Positions 8,516 through 16,478 of a stretch of 64,000 nt of DNA are shown in pieces. Positions within the stretch are counted from its first letter, which is position 1; the number at the start of each line of letters is the position of its first letter. The stretch lies in assembly GCA_052389595.1 (NCBI GenBank), contig JBQTHT010000009.1, forward strand, positions 207 to 64,206, written 5' to 3'. The position numbers and the translations under genes are program-made. Source of the stretch: Nitrospiraceae bacterium. Lineage in GTDB: Bacteria; Nitrospirota; Nitrospiria; Nitrospirales; Nitrospiraceae. Under the pieces are notes generated by a model that saw only the letters and a program-made list of their open reading frames with translations, was not told where the DNA came from and searched no databases.

Positions 8516-9337
8516 GTGTGTTGGATTGCATGGTTTGTACGACTGGCTGCAAGAGGATTGGATTCACTCGGTCACATGTTTCAGTCGATCGCGTCTGTCC
8601 TCTACAGTCTGTTGCCCGCACTGCTCCCTCCAAGTCACTTAAGCCGCCTTATCGCACGGCACTATGATGTCAGCTATCAGGACAATATCAACGAGTTCAC
8701 TCCCGAGCTGTTCGAATGGGACTTGGACCAGTGGGAGCAGCATGCCTTGGATCGGCATCGGATTGAAAGGGGTCGCATACTCGTGCTGGGAGCGGGAGTG
8801 GGCCGAGAAGCCGTCGCTCTGGCGCGGCGCGGTCTGAGCGTGACCGGCATCGACGTGAATCATGTTGCGCTTCGCACGGCTCGTCGGGTAGCCTCTACAG
8901 CTCACGTTCAGGCTCAATTCATTCAGGCCGACTTTTTGAGGTTACCCTGCCGTCCCCGAAGTTTCGATTATGTGATGTTGTCCGGCATCATGTATAGCGC
9001 TATTCCTGGCCGTGAGTTAAGACAGGCCTGGGTCCGTGACCTTATCGCTTCGCTGCCCTCACGAGGACTCGCCATCTTGAACTTTATGATCGACCAACGC
9101 TCATCAACCAGAACCCAGCGGCTGAGCGGCATATTGACTGCAGTCATCATGAGGTTACCGGGTGCCAACCGCACGTTTCAGATGGGTGACACCTGCGCTC
9201 AAGCGCACTTTCTCCATGCCTTTCAAAACGAACAGGAACTGCGACAAGAGCTCACCATAGACGGGGTCCTCATTCGAGAATTGAACTGGCGCGAACGGTA
9301 TGCCGTCGTGACCTGCAAGACCACATCCCGCGAGTGA
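8516..9337 (+). CDS. class I SAM-dependent methyltransferase
   Basis: Motif I reads ILVLGAGVGREAVALARRGLSVTGIDV. The start could instead be the internal Met at 8576. Confidence 0.7.
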   Translation: MCWIAWFVRLAARGLDSLGHMFQSIASVLYSLLPALLPPSHLSRLIARHYDVSYQDNINEFTPELFEWDLDQWEQHALDRHRIERGRILVLGAGVGREAVALARRGLSVTGIDVNHVALRTARRVASTAHVQAQFIQADFLRLPCRPRSFDYVMLSGIMYSAIPGRELRQAWVRDLIASLPSRGLAILNFMIDQRSSTRTQRLSGILTAVIMRLPGANRTFQMGDTCAQAHFLHAFQNEQELRQELTIDGVLIRELNWRERYAVVTCKTTSRE

Positions 9338-9415
9338 ATTCGTCCGACGATCGAGTGGCGGACTCTCAAATAGCACTGGAAGGCCTCTGGAGGATTTGCT
9401 ATCCTAGCGCCGATT

Positions 9416-9709
9416 TTGATCATGGAACACGTCTACGTGAAGAATTCTGACTTTGTCCAGCGCGATGTCGCGGGTGAGTGCATCCTCGTTCCAATCCGCC
9501 GTCAACTCACCGATGTCAACAGCATTTATGTCCTCAATGAAACCGGCGCCGCGCTCTGGCATCGCATTGACGGAAAGCGCTCCGTGCAGGATATCGTCGA
9601 GGAGGTGTGTCAGGAATTTGAGGTCACTGCCGACCAGTTGATGCAAGACTTTGCCACGCTCCTCGACGATCTTCGCTCCATTAAAGCCATCGAGAGTATC
9701 ACTCCGTAG
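9416..9709 (+). CDS. PqqD-family peptide chaperone (RiPP recognition element)
   Basis: 97-aa ORF with the PqqD pattern (V..R.V.GE.ILVP......YVLNETGA.LW..IDG.RSV.DIV..V..EF.V). It ends 4 nt before the first radical SAM gene. Confidence 0.8.
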   Translation: MIMEHVYVKNSDFVQRDVAGECILVPIRRQLTDVNSIYVLNETGAALWHRIDGKRSVQDIVEEVCQEFEVTADQLMQDFATLLDDLRSIKAIESITP

Positions 9710-9713
9710 TCCT

Positions 9714-10625
9714 ATGCATCACCTGGATGCACTGACGCATATTCCCGAACGGTTCCCGCTTGCCTGTCAATGGGAGATCACCTGCCGGTGCAACCTCCAT
9801 TGCGTGATGTGCTACACGGATTGTTTCAATCGCCCGGATAAGATTCGTGACGAGCTGCTCACTCATGAGATCCTTGAGCTCATGGATGAGCTGGCCGAGG
9901 CCGGCTGTTTGGAAGTGTGCCTGACCGGAGGTGAGCCGCTGGCCCGACCCGATTTTTTCGAGTTGTACGAGCGGGCCGTCAGGAAGGGATTTCTTGTCAC
10001 CGTCTTCACGAACGGGACGTTGATCACCAAAACCGCAGCCGACCGCTTCGCCGCTTTTCCGCCGCATCGCATTGAGATCAGTGTTCACGGTTTCGGGGAA
10101 GAGAATTTCGAGCAGGTCACGGCCGGACACGGATCCTACCAGCGCTGTATGAACGCGATTCGTCTCTTGCGTGAGCGACAGCTTCCGTTGATCGTAAAGA
10201 CGACTGCCATGACGGTCAACATGCCGGACGTTCTGAAGATCAAACGATTCGTGCAACAGCTCGGGTCTGTCGGTTACAAATTAGGCGAAGAGCTTCGTCC
10301 GACACTCGATCACGATCTGTCGCCTCTGCAGCTAGGCCTTTCGGCTGACCAACTCCAAGAATTGAATCGGGCAGACCCAGAACTTTGGCAGGAAGCATGC
10401 TGGAAACAGACCGTACTGCCCGCACCATGTCAAAGCGGGATCCGTTCGTTTCATATCGATGCCTACGGCTCTTTGCAGCTGTGTTCCGGGAATCGAACTC
10501 AGGGCTACGACCTTCGGAGCGGTTCCTTCGCAGAAGGGTTTTATCGCTACCTGCCGACGTTTGCCTGTGAATGGAAATCACGGCGTGCGAGTCTTCTTGT
10601 CAATCCAGCGACCAGCCATGCGTGA
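9714..10625 (+). CDS. radical SAM enzyme with a shortened (Twitch-like) auxiliary cluster domain
   Basis: It has a CNLHCVMC (CX3CX2C) motif and a GGEPL motif. The C-terminal region has C-x12-G-x4-C (PCQSGIRSFHIDAYGSLQLC) but no CX2CX5CX3C block. The start is placed at ATG 9714, in frame with ORF 9651-10625. Confidence 0.85.
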   Translation: MHHLDALTHIPERFPLACQWEITCRCNLHCVMCYTDCFNRPDKIRDELLTHEILELMDELAEAGCLEVCLTGGEPLARPDFFELYERAVRKGFLVTVFTNGTLITKTAADRFAAFPPHRIEISVHGFGEENFEQVTAGHGSYQRCMNAIRLLRERQLPLIVKTTAMTVNMPDVLKIKRFVQQLGSVGYKLGEELRPTLDHDLSPLQLGLSADQLQELNRADPELWQEACWKQTVLPAPCQSGIRSFHIDAYGSLQLCSGNRTQGYDLRSGSFAEGFYRYLPTFACEWKSRRASLLVNPATSHA

Positions 10626-11736
10626 TACTCGAACCATGGTTCCCATTGAATACAAGGATTTCAGCCGCACCATTCACGAAAATGCCGCGGCCCAGGATCG
10701 CGTGATCAAAGCGCAACTGGAACTCACCTATCGCTGCAATCTCCACTGCTTGCATTGTTATACCGACCCGTACAATACGAAGGAATTCTTTCCACGTGAA
10801 CTCACCTTAGCGGAGACCACGCGACTCATTGATGAAATGGTCGATCTGGGAATCATCTGGCTCAACTTGACCGGCGGCGAAATCTTTACGCATCCGCATT
10901 TCTTTGAGATCTACGAATATGCTCACCGTAGAGGCCTCTTGCTGATGCTGTACACCAACGGAACGCTGTTCACACAAGGCATTATCGAACGCCTCCGGCA
11001 GTCTCCTCCTTTTTCAATCGATGTTTCCGTTCATTCGGTCGACCCGGAGGCTTTTGATCGGTTCACCCAAGTTCACGGTTCGTTTCGAACGTTCATCAAA
11101 GGGATGGAGTTGTTGAAGAACAGCGGGCTGCCATTTTGTTTCAAGACCAAAGCGATGAATTGGAATAAAGATGAACTGCCTGAGATTGAACGGTTCGTGA
11201 CATCATTCGGCCAGCAGTTTGGATACACCACGTCGCTTTCCCCTCGACTGAACGGCAACCTCTCTTCACTGGCGTATCGTCTCACGCCGTCGGAGATTGG
11301 GGACATTGAGACACCACACGTTTCGGCGAATAACGATGGCGAGGCCTGCTGTGTCTCTGATGCACTTGGTCCTGCACAGAATGACCGCCTGTTCCGATGC
11401 GGCTGCGCCACCAACCAGATTCATATCAATGCGTGGGGAGCATTGGGCACCTGCACCCTGCAATACGAACGCCGCGTTTCTTTGCGTGAGCATGCGCTGA
11501 AAGAAGCAGTGGATAAACTTTTCCGAGACGTGCGCGCCCTTCGTTATGAAGGCGACTCTCCGTGCAGGCATTGCGCTATTCATCGATTTTGCGACAAGAA
11601 GCCCTCTGACGCGAACTGGGAACGCGGCCATCCGGAAGCGCCCATTCCTTACGATTGCGATGTCGCCTGGACTCGCGCCCAACGCATTTTCGGACAGACG
11701 TTGATCCATCCCCTGCACCTCCGGGTTAAGGGGTGA
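10618..11736 (+). CDS. radical SAM/SPASM-domain peptide-modifying enzyme
   Basis: It has a CNLHCLHC motif and LTGGEIF. The SPASM elements are GALGTC and CRHCAIHRFC (CX2CX5C). ATG 10618 overlaps the upstream stop (ATGCGTGA). Confidence 0.85.
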   Translation: MRDTRTMVPIEYKDFSRTIHENAAAQDRVIKAQLELTYRCNLHCLHCYTDPYNTKEFFPRELTLAETTRLIDEMVDLGIIWLNLTGGEIFTHPHFFEIYEYAHRRGLLLMLYTNGTLFTQGIIERLRQSPPFSIDVSVHSVDPEAFDRFTQVHGSFRTFIKGMELLKNSGLPFCFKTKAMNWNKDELPEIERFVTSFGQQFGYTTSLSPRLNGNLSSLAYRLTPSEIGDIETPHVSANNDGEACCVSDALGPAQNDRLFRCGCATNQIHINAWGALGTCTLQYERRVSLREHALKEAVDKLFRDVRALRYEGDSPCRHCAIHRFCDKKPSDANWERGHPEAPIPYDCDVAWTRAQRIFGQTLIHPLHLRVKG

Positions 11737-11743
11737 AAGGAGG
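11737..11743 (+). promoter_or_regulatory. Shine-Dalgarno AAGGAGG for the precursor ORF
   Basis: A perfect AAGGAGG lies 5 nt upstream of ATG 11749, directly after the rSAM stop codon at 11734-11736. Confidence 0.6.
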
Positions 11744-11748
11744 TTGCG

Positions 11749-11934
11749 ATGAGAGAGAAAAAATCCTACAGTCCTCCGCAACTCTTTCGAGTCGACTTGA
11801 ATCATGAGCAGGCGATCTTAAGCGCATGCAGCTTGATGGCCAGCAATCCTATGGCTGGAGGGATGGACATCTCTTGCCGTGCAGGAAGCTGTAAGAGAGC
11901 CGCGACGGGAGACAGCGGGCTGCGTCCATCCTGA
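11749..11934 (+). CDS. candidate RiPP precursor peptide (61 aa)
   Basis: The sequence is MREKKSYSPPQLFRVDLNHEQAILSACSLMASNPMAGGMDISCRAGSCKRAATGDSGLRPS. It has a strong RBS and sits inside the operon. It carries a YxxPxL motif (Y7, P10, L12), three Cys (27, 43, 48) and a C-terminal Ser. Confidence 0.6.
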   Translation: MREKKSYSPPQLFRVDLNHEQAILSACSLMASNPMAGGMDISCRAGSCKRAATGDSGLRPS

Positions 11935-11994
11935 ATCGCAGCGCTTTACGTCAGACTTTTTTTCGTATACGCCGACGTCAACCAGAGTGCAAGT

Positions 11995-12900
11995 ATGCGC
12001 ATTGATGTCCAGATTGCCGGATATACGATTCGCCTCGAAGAGGCCGCTGATCAGGCTTGCCTATCTTGGCCGCTCAGCCCGTTCGAATCGTTTACGACTC
12101 CATCCTCTGTTGCTCCGGACATTCATTTCGATGTCAGAATCGTGAAGGAACTTTCACCCTGCCGACTCGGTTCGTTGCGCTTCGATGCCTGTCACGGTCT
12201 CTGGAAATTGTTCGAATCCGACACAGGCTTGATCCTGGAATCGGCGGATACACGCACTCTTCAACCGCGACTCCGTGCGTATCTCACCACTGATTTTTCT
12301 CTCGCCGAGGTGTTGGCCTGCGAGCAACAGACGGATGGGATCACCGGCTGGGTTCCGATGCACGTTATCAATCCATTGATGGAAATCTGTCTTGTCACAA
12401 AGCTGGCACGGCAGGGCGGGATTCTGTTGCACGGATCCGGAATACTGGTGAGCGGCCATGGCACGATCTTTACCGGCCCTTCCGGAGCAGGAAAATCTAC
12501 CTTGTCCGCTTTCTTTGCAACCCAACAGGCCACCGTGCTCAGCGACGAACGAGTCATTCTTCGCAAGATGGGGGAAACAGTAGTCGTTCATGGAACTCCG
12601 TGGGTGGGGACCGGTTGCTATGCGAAGAATGAGTCGGGTCCTTTGACGCGACTGTATTGCATACGACATGGTCGCGACCGCCATCGTCTCGACCCGATGC
12701 TCCCTGGTGATGTCTTTCGCTTTCTCCTTCGCCAGTGCTATCTTCCTCACTGGGATCGAGACGCCTTGGACATGACGCTCCGTTTTCTTTCTCTGCTGAT
12801 TCAGCGCGTCGATTGCGCCGGATTGGCGTTTGTGAAAGATCCCGATATCGTAGAATATCTATCGCGCCACCCGCCCTCCCCATCCTTCGCGCTTTCATGA
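11995..12900 (+). CDS. HPr-kinase-related P-loop kinase
   Basis: LHGSGILVSGHGTIFTGPSGAGKSTLSAFF...LSDERV resembles the HprK C-terminal domain-like kinases found in RiPP clusters. Confidence 0.75.
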   Translation: MRIDVQIAGYTIRLEEAADQACLSWPLSPFESFTTPSSVAPDIHFDVRIVKELSPCRLGSLRFDACHGLWKLFESDTGLILESADTRTLQPRLRAYLTTDFSLAEVLACEQQTDGITGWVPMHVINPLMEICLVTKLARQGGILLHGSGILVSGHGTIFTGPSGAGKSTLSAFFATQQATVLSDERVILRKMGETVVVHGTPWVGTGCYAKNESGPLTRLYCIRHGRDRHRLDPMLPGDVFRFLLRQCYLPHWDRDALDMTLRFLSLLIQRVDCAGLAFVKDPDIVEYLSRHPPSPSFALS

Positions 12901-13952
12901 AGCACCTGAAGCCTGATGCCTGGTTGGAATCCGTCACGACGCGAGCCGCCATGCGACGCCGGCCGGAGGGCGTCACCTTCGAGCTGACCTATGGATGCAA
13001 TCTCCGATGTCTTCACTGCTATAACCCGACTCATCGCATCTTACCCGAAGAATTGACGACGGCAGAGGTTGGCGGGGTCCTCGAGCAACTTGCCGAGTTT
13101 GGTGTCCTGAGCATCACCTTCACGGGTGGAGAGCCGTCCGTGCGTCCCGATATTGCCACGATCCTGCGGCAGGCCCGTTCCCACGGATTCGTGATTCAAT
13201 TGTTGACCAACGCCACCCGCATCACGCCTTCTTTCGCCGATGTCCTGGTAGAGACTGGCATTCACCAAGTGAATGTTTCGATCTATGGCGCCACAGAGAT
13301 GACGTATGAACGAATGACCGGAATCCCTGGTTCCTACACACTGTTTCGACAAGGACTTACCTGTTTGGCCTTGCGACAAATATCGGTCAACGTGCGAATG
13401 CCGGTTACCACGCTAAATGAGCATGAAGTGCCGGCATGTCGCGCTCTGATCGAACCTTTTGGTTTCAAATTCCAATATTGCCTCGATGTCATGCCAAGGA
13501 CCAACGGCGACACAACTCCACTGCAATATCGGCTCAGTCCTGAGGCTAAACGGCGGATCGACCAAGCGATGCTCAACCGGTCGGCAGTTGCGATAGAAGA
13601 TCAATGTTCTTCAGATCGCCCGTTTATTGAGTGCGCCTGCGGCAAGACCCGCTTTGCGATCACACCCTATGGCGAAATGAATCTCTGTGTGGCTTTTCCC
13701 ATCCCGAGGTACAACCTTCGCGCAGGCTCGGTGAAGGATGGATGGGAGATCTTGAAGCAGACGGTCGACCATGCTAGGCCCAATGCCAACTATGAATGTC
13801 CGGCCTGTGAGGTGCGGTCTCACTGCCGCCAGGGCCGGAGCGACGCGTGGCTTGAAACCGGCGACATGAGCGCCTGCCTTCCTCATTTCAAAGACTTGGC
13901 TCGGTTGGAACAGACCACCTATGTTGCCATCGACTCTCGACCGGTTCGTTGA
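12897..13952 (+). CDS. radical SAM/SPASM-domain peptide-modifying enzyme
   Basis: It has a CNLRCLHC motif and FTGGEPS. The SPASM elements are GEMNLC and CPACEVRSHC. ATG 12897 overlaps the kinase stop codon (ATGA). Confidence 0.85.
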   Translation: MKHLKPDAWLESVTTRAAMRRRPEGVTFELTYGCNLRCLHCYNPTHRILPEELTTAEVGGVLEQLAEFGVLSITFTGGEPSVRPDIATILRQARSHGFVIQLLTNATRITPSFADVLVETGIHQVNVSIYGATEMTYERMTGIPGSYTLFRQGLTCLALRQISVNVRMPVTTLNEHEVPACRALIEPFGFKFQYCLDVMPRTNGDTTPLQYRLSPEAKRRIDQAMLNRSAVAIEDQCSSDRPFIECACGKTRFAITPYGEMNLCVAFPIPRYNLRAGSVKDGWEILKQTVDHARPNANYECPACEVRSHCRQGRSDAWLETGDMSACLPHFKDLARLEQTTYVAIDSRPVR

Positions 13953-14871
13953 GTCCTACGCGCAGGTCGGCGCCTTGAACACCAGAATTCTTGACCGGCT
14001 CGCTGCGGTCGGGATGCTGTTTCAGCGTGAACAGATTGATTTCCTGTTGTTGAAAGGCGCCGATCTGATTTCCCGCCTGTACGGCATACGGGGAATCAGA
14101 CCGCTCTCCGACGTGGATCTCCTGGTCCGAGAAAAAGATCTGCCACGCATTGATACCCTTCTTCAGTCTTCTGGATTTGTCCAGCAGATAGACGGTAATC
14201 CGGCCTATTGCTCACTGGCAGACCACGTGATGTTGGACATCACCACAGATCTCTGGTATCTCGACCAAACGGACCTTTCTAAGCTGTGGGAACGGGCCAT
14301 CCCGCGCCGGATCGGCGGCCGAATGATGAAATGCATGGGAAGTGAAGACCTCGTGCTGTATCTCACGGCCTATGCGGTGATCCATCGCGGACAGCTTTCA
14401 CCCTCCTTTTATACTGACCTCGCCTTGCTGCTTCAACGTGAACCGGTGGAATGGCCCATGATCAGTCAACGTGCTGCCCAGGGTGGGTTGAGAACGGCCC
14501 TGTATCATGGCCTCACCTCGTTGTCCCGGTCGGGATACCATCCCGTGCCGGATCGCTACCTTCAACAATTGGCGCCATCGACGATGTCCGAACGCGGTCT
14601 GTGGTTTCTTTTACGAAAGGTCGTGACGAAGGAATGGCTACCGGAGATCGGGCATGTTCTGCTGTTGCTCACCACTCCGGGTAGAAGGAAATGGCATCGA
14701 CTGTGGGCGCTTATCTGTCCTTCAACGAGATTCCTCGGTTATCGGTATGGGAAACAGGGCACTGAGCATGCCATCCGTACAAGAGTGGCGCGCCTGGGTA
14801 TACTCTTCGCTCGAGGCGTTCGATTAAGTATCCACCTTCTGATGTTGACCCTGACACCCACCCGGCGATGA
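13921..14871 (+). CDS. nucleotidyltransferase-family protein (PF14907-like)
   Basis: LLLKGADLISRLYG.....RPLSDVDLLVREKDL matches the uncharacterised nucleotidyltransferase family seen in lasso and kinase-associated RiPP clusters. It overlaps the upstream gene by 32 nt. Confidence 0.65.
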   Translation: MLPSTLDRFVESYAQVGALNTRILDRLAAVGMLFQREQIDFLLLKGADLISRLYGIRGIRPLSDVDLLVREKDLPRIDTLLQSSGFVQQIDGNPAYCSLADHVMLDITTDLWYLDQTDLSKLWERAIPRRIGGRMMKCMGSEDLVLYLTAYAVIHRGQLSPSFYTDLALLLQREPVEWPMISQRAAQGGLRTALYHGLTSLSRSGYHPVPDRYLQQLAPSTMSERGLWFLLRKVVTKEWLPEIGHVLLLLTTPGRRKWHRLWALICPSTRFLGYRYGKQGTEHAIRTRVARLGILFARGVRLSIHLLMLTLTPTRR

Positions 14872-15737
14872 TCCGGCTGCTTTGCCCAGACCCATTGCGC
14901 ACGGCTTTTTCAGCCGCCGACCTCACCCCCGTCACGGCTGCTGAACTGTCTCACCTGGTTGAATTTACCGTCACCAGCTGGAGCATGCTCCCGGCTATTC
15001 ATAAAGGTGATCGCGTGCGCTTCGAGCCGGTCGAGACACTCATGGTCGGCGACATCGTCGTGTTTCGCAAGGAAGGATCTCTTATCTGCCATCGAATTAT
15101 CGCCGTCACCGATACCGGCATGGTCGAAGTAAAAGGAGATGGTAACCAGGGAAGTGGGGAGGTCATGGCCCCGTCGCAGATACTTGGGAGGGTATGCGGG
15201 ATCGCTCGATCACAAGATTGTATTCCGAAACCATCTACAGGCAACCAGGACCGCCAGGTCGATCTCTTGGTCGTCGTCCTGCAGTATTGGGTCGCGTCGG
15301 TACGAGCGACGACGCTGGTAGCATGTGGCTGCTTGATTTCAGCTCTGAAACAATATGGGTGGATTTGCCGTCTCTTTTCGCATGCGACGAAGCAGAGCGT
15401 TCGCTTTTCCCTTAGCCGACGAGCGCCCCTGCAATCAATCCGGGGTTACTACAGAATGGGAGGACGGGGTCACCGCTTGCATGACCTCCTCCGGCTGATT
15501 CAAGAGCACGAGGTGGTGCTTGAAGCGCTGGTGGTCCAAGCTCACCTGGGACCTTACCCAATTGCCTTCTATCATCCCGCCTCCGGCGAACAGCATATCC
15601 GGCGTACGCTTCACGGATTGGGCATCGAAGAATGTTTCAACGTATTGGGACAGGCATGGCCTCGCTCGACCCGAGTCCATTGTCACCAAAAAGACCATCT
15701 GTTATCGGATCGCCAACAGTTTTCTTCCCTGCGGTAG
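14868..15737 (+). CDS. S26/S24-type serine peptidase domain protein with an unknown C-terminal half
   Basis: SWSMLPAIHKGDRVRFEP....VGDIVVF...GSLICHRII resembles the signal peptidase I / LexA-like fold. Its start overlaps the upstream gene (ATGA). Confidence 0.6.
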   Translation: MIRLLCPDPLRTAFSAADLTPVTAAELSHLVEFTVTSWSMLPAIHKGDRVRFEPVETLMVGDIVVFRKEGSLICHRIIAVTDTGMVEVKGDGNQGSGEVMAPSQILGRVCGIARSQDCIPKPSTGNQDRQVDLLVVVLQYWVASVRATTLVACGCLISALKQYGWICRLFSHATKQSVRFSLSRRAPLQSIRGYYRMGGRGHRLHDLLRLIQEHEVVLEALVVQAHLGPYPIAFYHPASGEQHIRRTLHGLGIEECFNVLGQAWPRSTRVHCHQKDHLLSDRQQFSSLR

Positions 15738-15875
15738 GGATTTCTCCCTTACCCGACTTTCTCTAAAATTTCTCTGTACTTAAGTATGCATCTCTTTGGA
15801 CGATCCGTCCGTAGAATGATATGATTGCGGCGTGTCCTTTACTTACGCAGTAGGGGCACCAAAAGGTTCGCTCGA

Positions 15876-16478
15876 ATGGAAGCTTCACCACAGCACGCCG
15901 CAACGTCCATTGACCCAAAACTGATTGCCCGCGTCGTCAAGGGTGATGCACATGCATTCACCCAATTGTACGATCAGTCCTGTTCGCTGCTATACACGTT
16001 GGCATTGCGTATATTAGGAAACCGCGATGAAGTGGCCGAGCTGCTTCAAGATGTCTATCTGGAGGTATGGCGCAAGAGCGCCCGGTACGATGTCGGACGG
16101 GGAACCCCGATCGCATGGCTTGTGACTTTAACCAGGAGCCGTGCCATTGACCGTTTACGAACCCGGGCTTCGCGTCCTCAGGCCGTGGCGGACTCGATGG
16201 ACAACCTCACGACGATTCATATTCCAGACCAGGGGCCGGGACCGTTTGAACATCATGCGGACACGGAAGTTCGCCATCAGGTTGCGAGCGCGCTCGGGGC
16301 GCTTCCCGCAGCGCAACAGCAAGCGCTGGAAATGGCCTTCTACGAAGGTTTGTCGCATGTGGAAATTGCAGCCCGACTCAATCAACCCTTAGGTACGATT
16401 AAAACCAGGATCAAGCTCGGCATGACCAAATTGCGAACGGCATTACGAGGCTGCTGGGACTTAGGTGACGAGCCATGA
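15876..16478 (+). CDS. ECF-type RNA polymerase sigma factor
   Basis: Sigma-70 region 2 reads LLQDVYLEVWRKSARYD......WLVTLTRSRAIDRLR. Region 4 reads LPAAQQQALEMAFYEGLSHVEIAARLNQPLGTIKTRI. Confidence 0.85.
   Translation: MEASPQHAATSIDPKLIARVVKGDAHAFTQLYDQSCSLLYTLALRILGNRDEVAELLQDVYLEVWRKSARYDVGRGTPIAWLVTLTRSRAIDRLRTRASRPQAVADSMDNLTTIHIPDQGPGPFEHHADTEVRHQVASALGALPAAQQQALEMAFYEGLSHVEIAARLNQPLGTIKTRIKLGMTKLRTALRGCWDLGDEP

Noticed and set aside
11935-11994. Possible attenuator or terminator after the precursor gene (T7 run at about 11957-11963).
   Set aside because: No convincing GC-rich stem precedes the T run; the only pairing is ACGTC...GACGT, 5 bp with a 21-nt loop. That is not enough to call a terminator.
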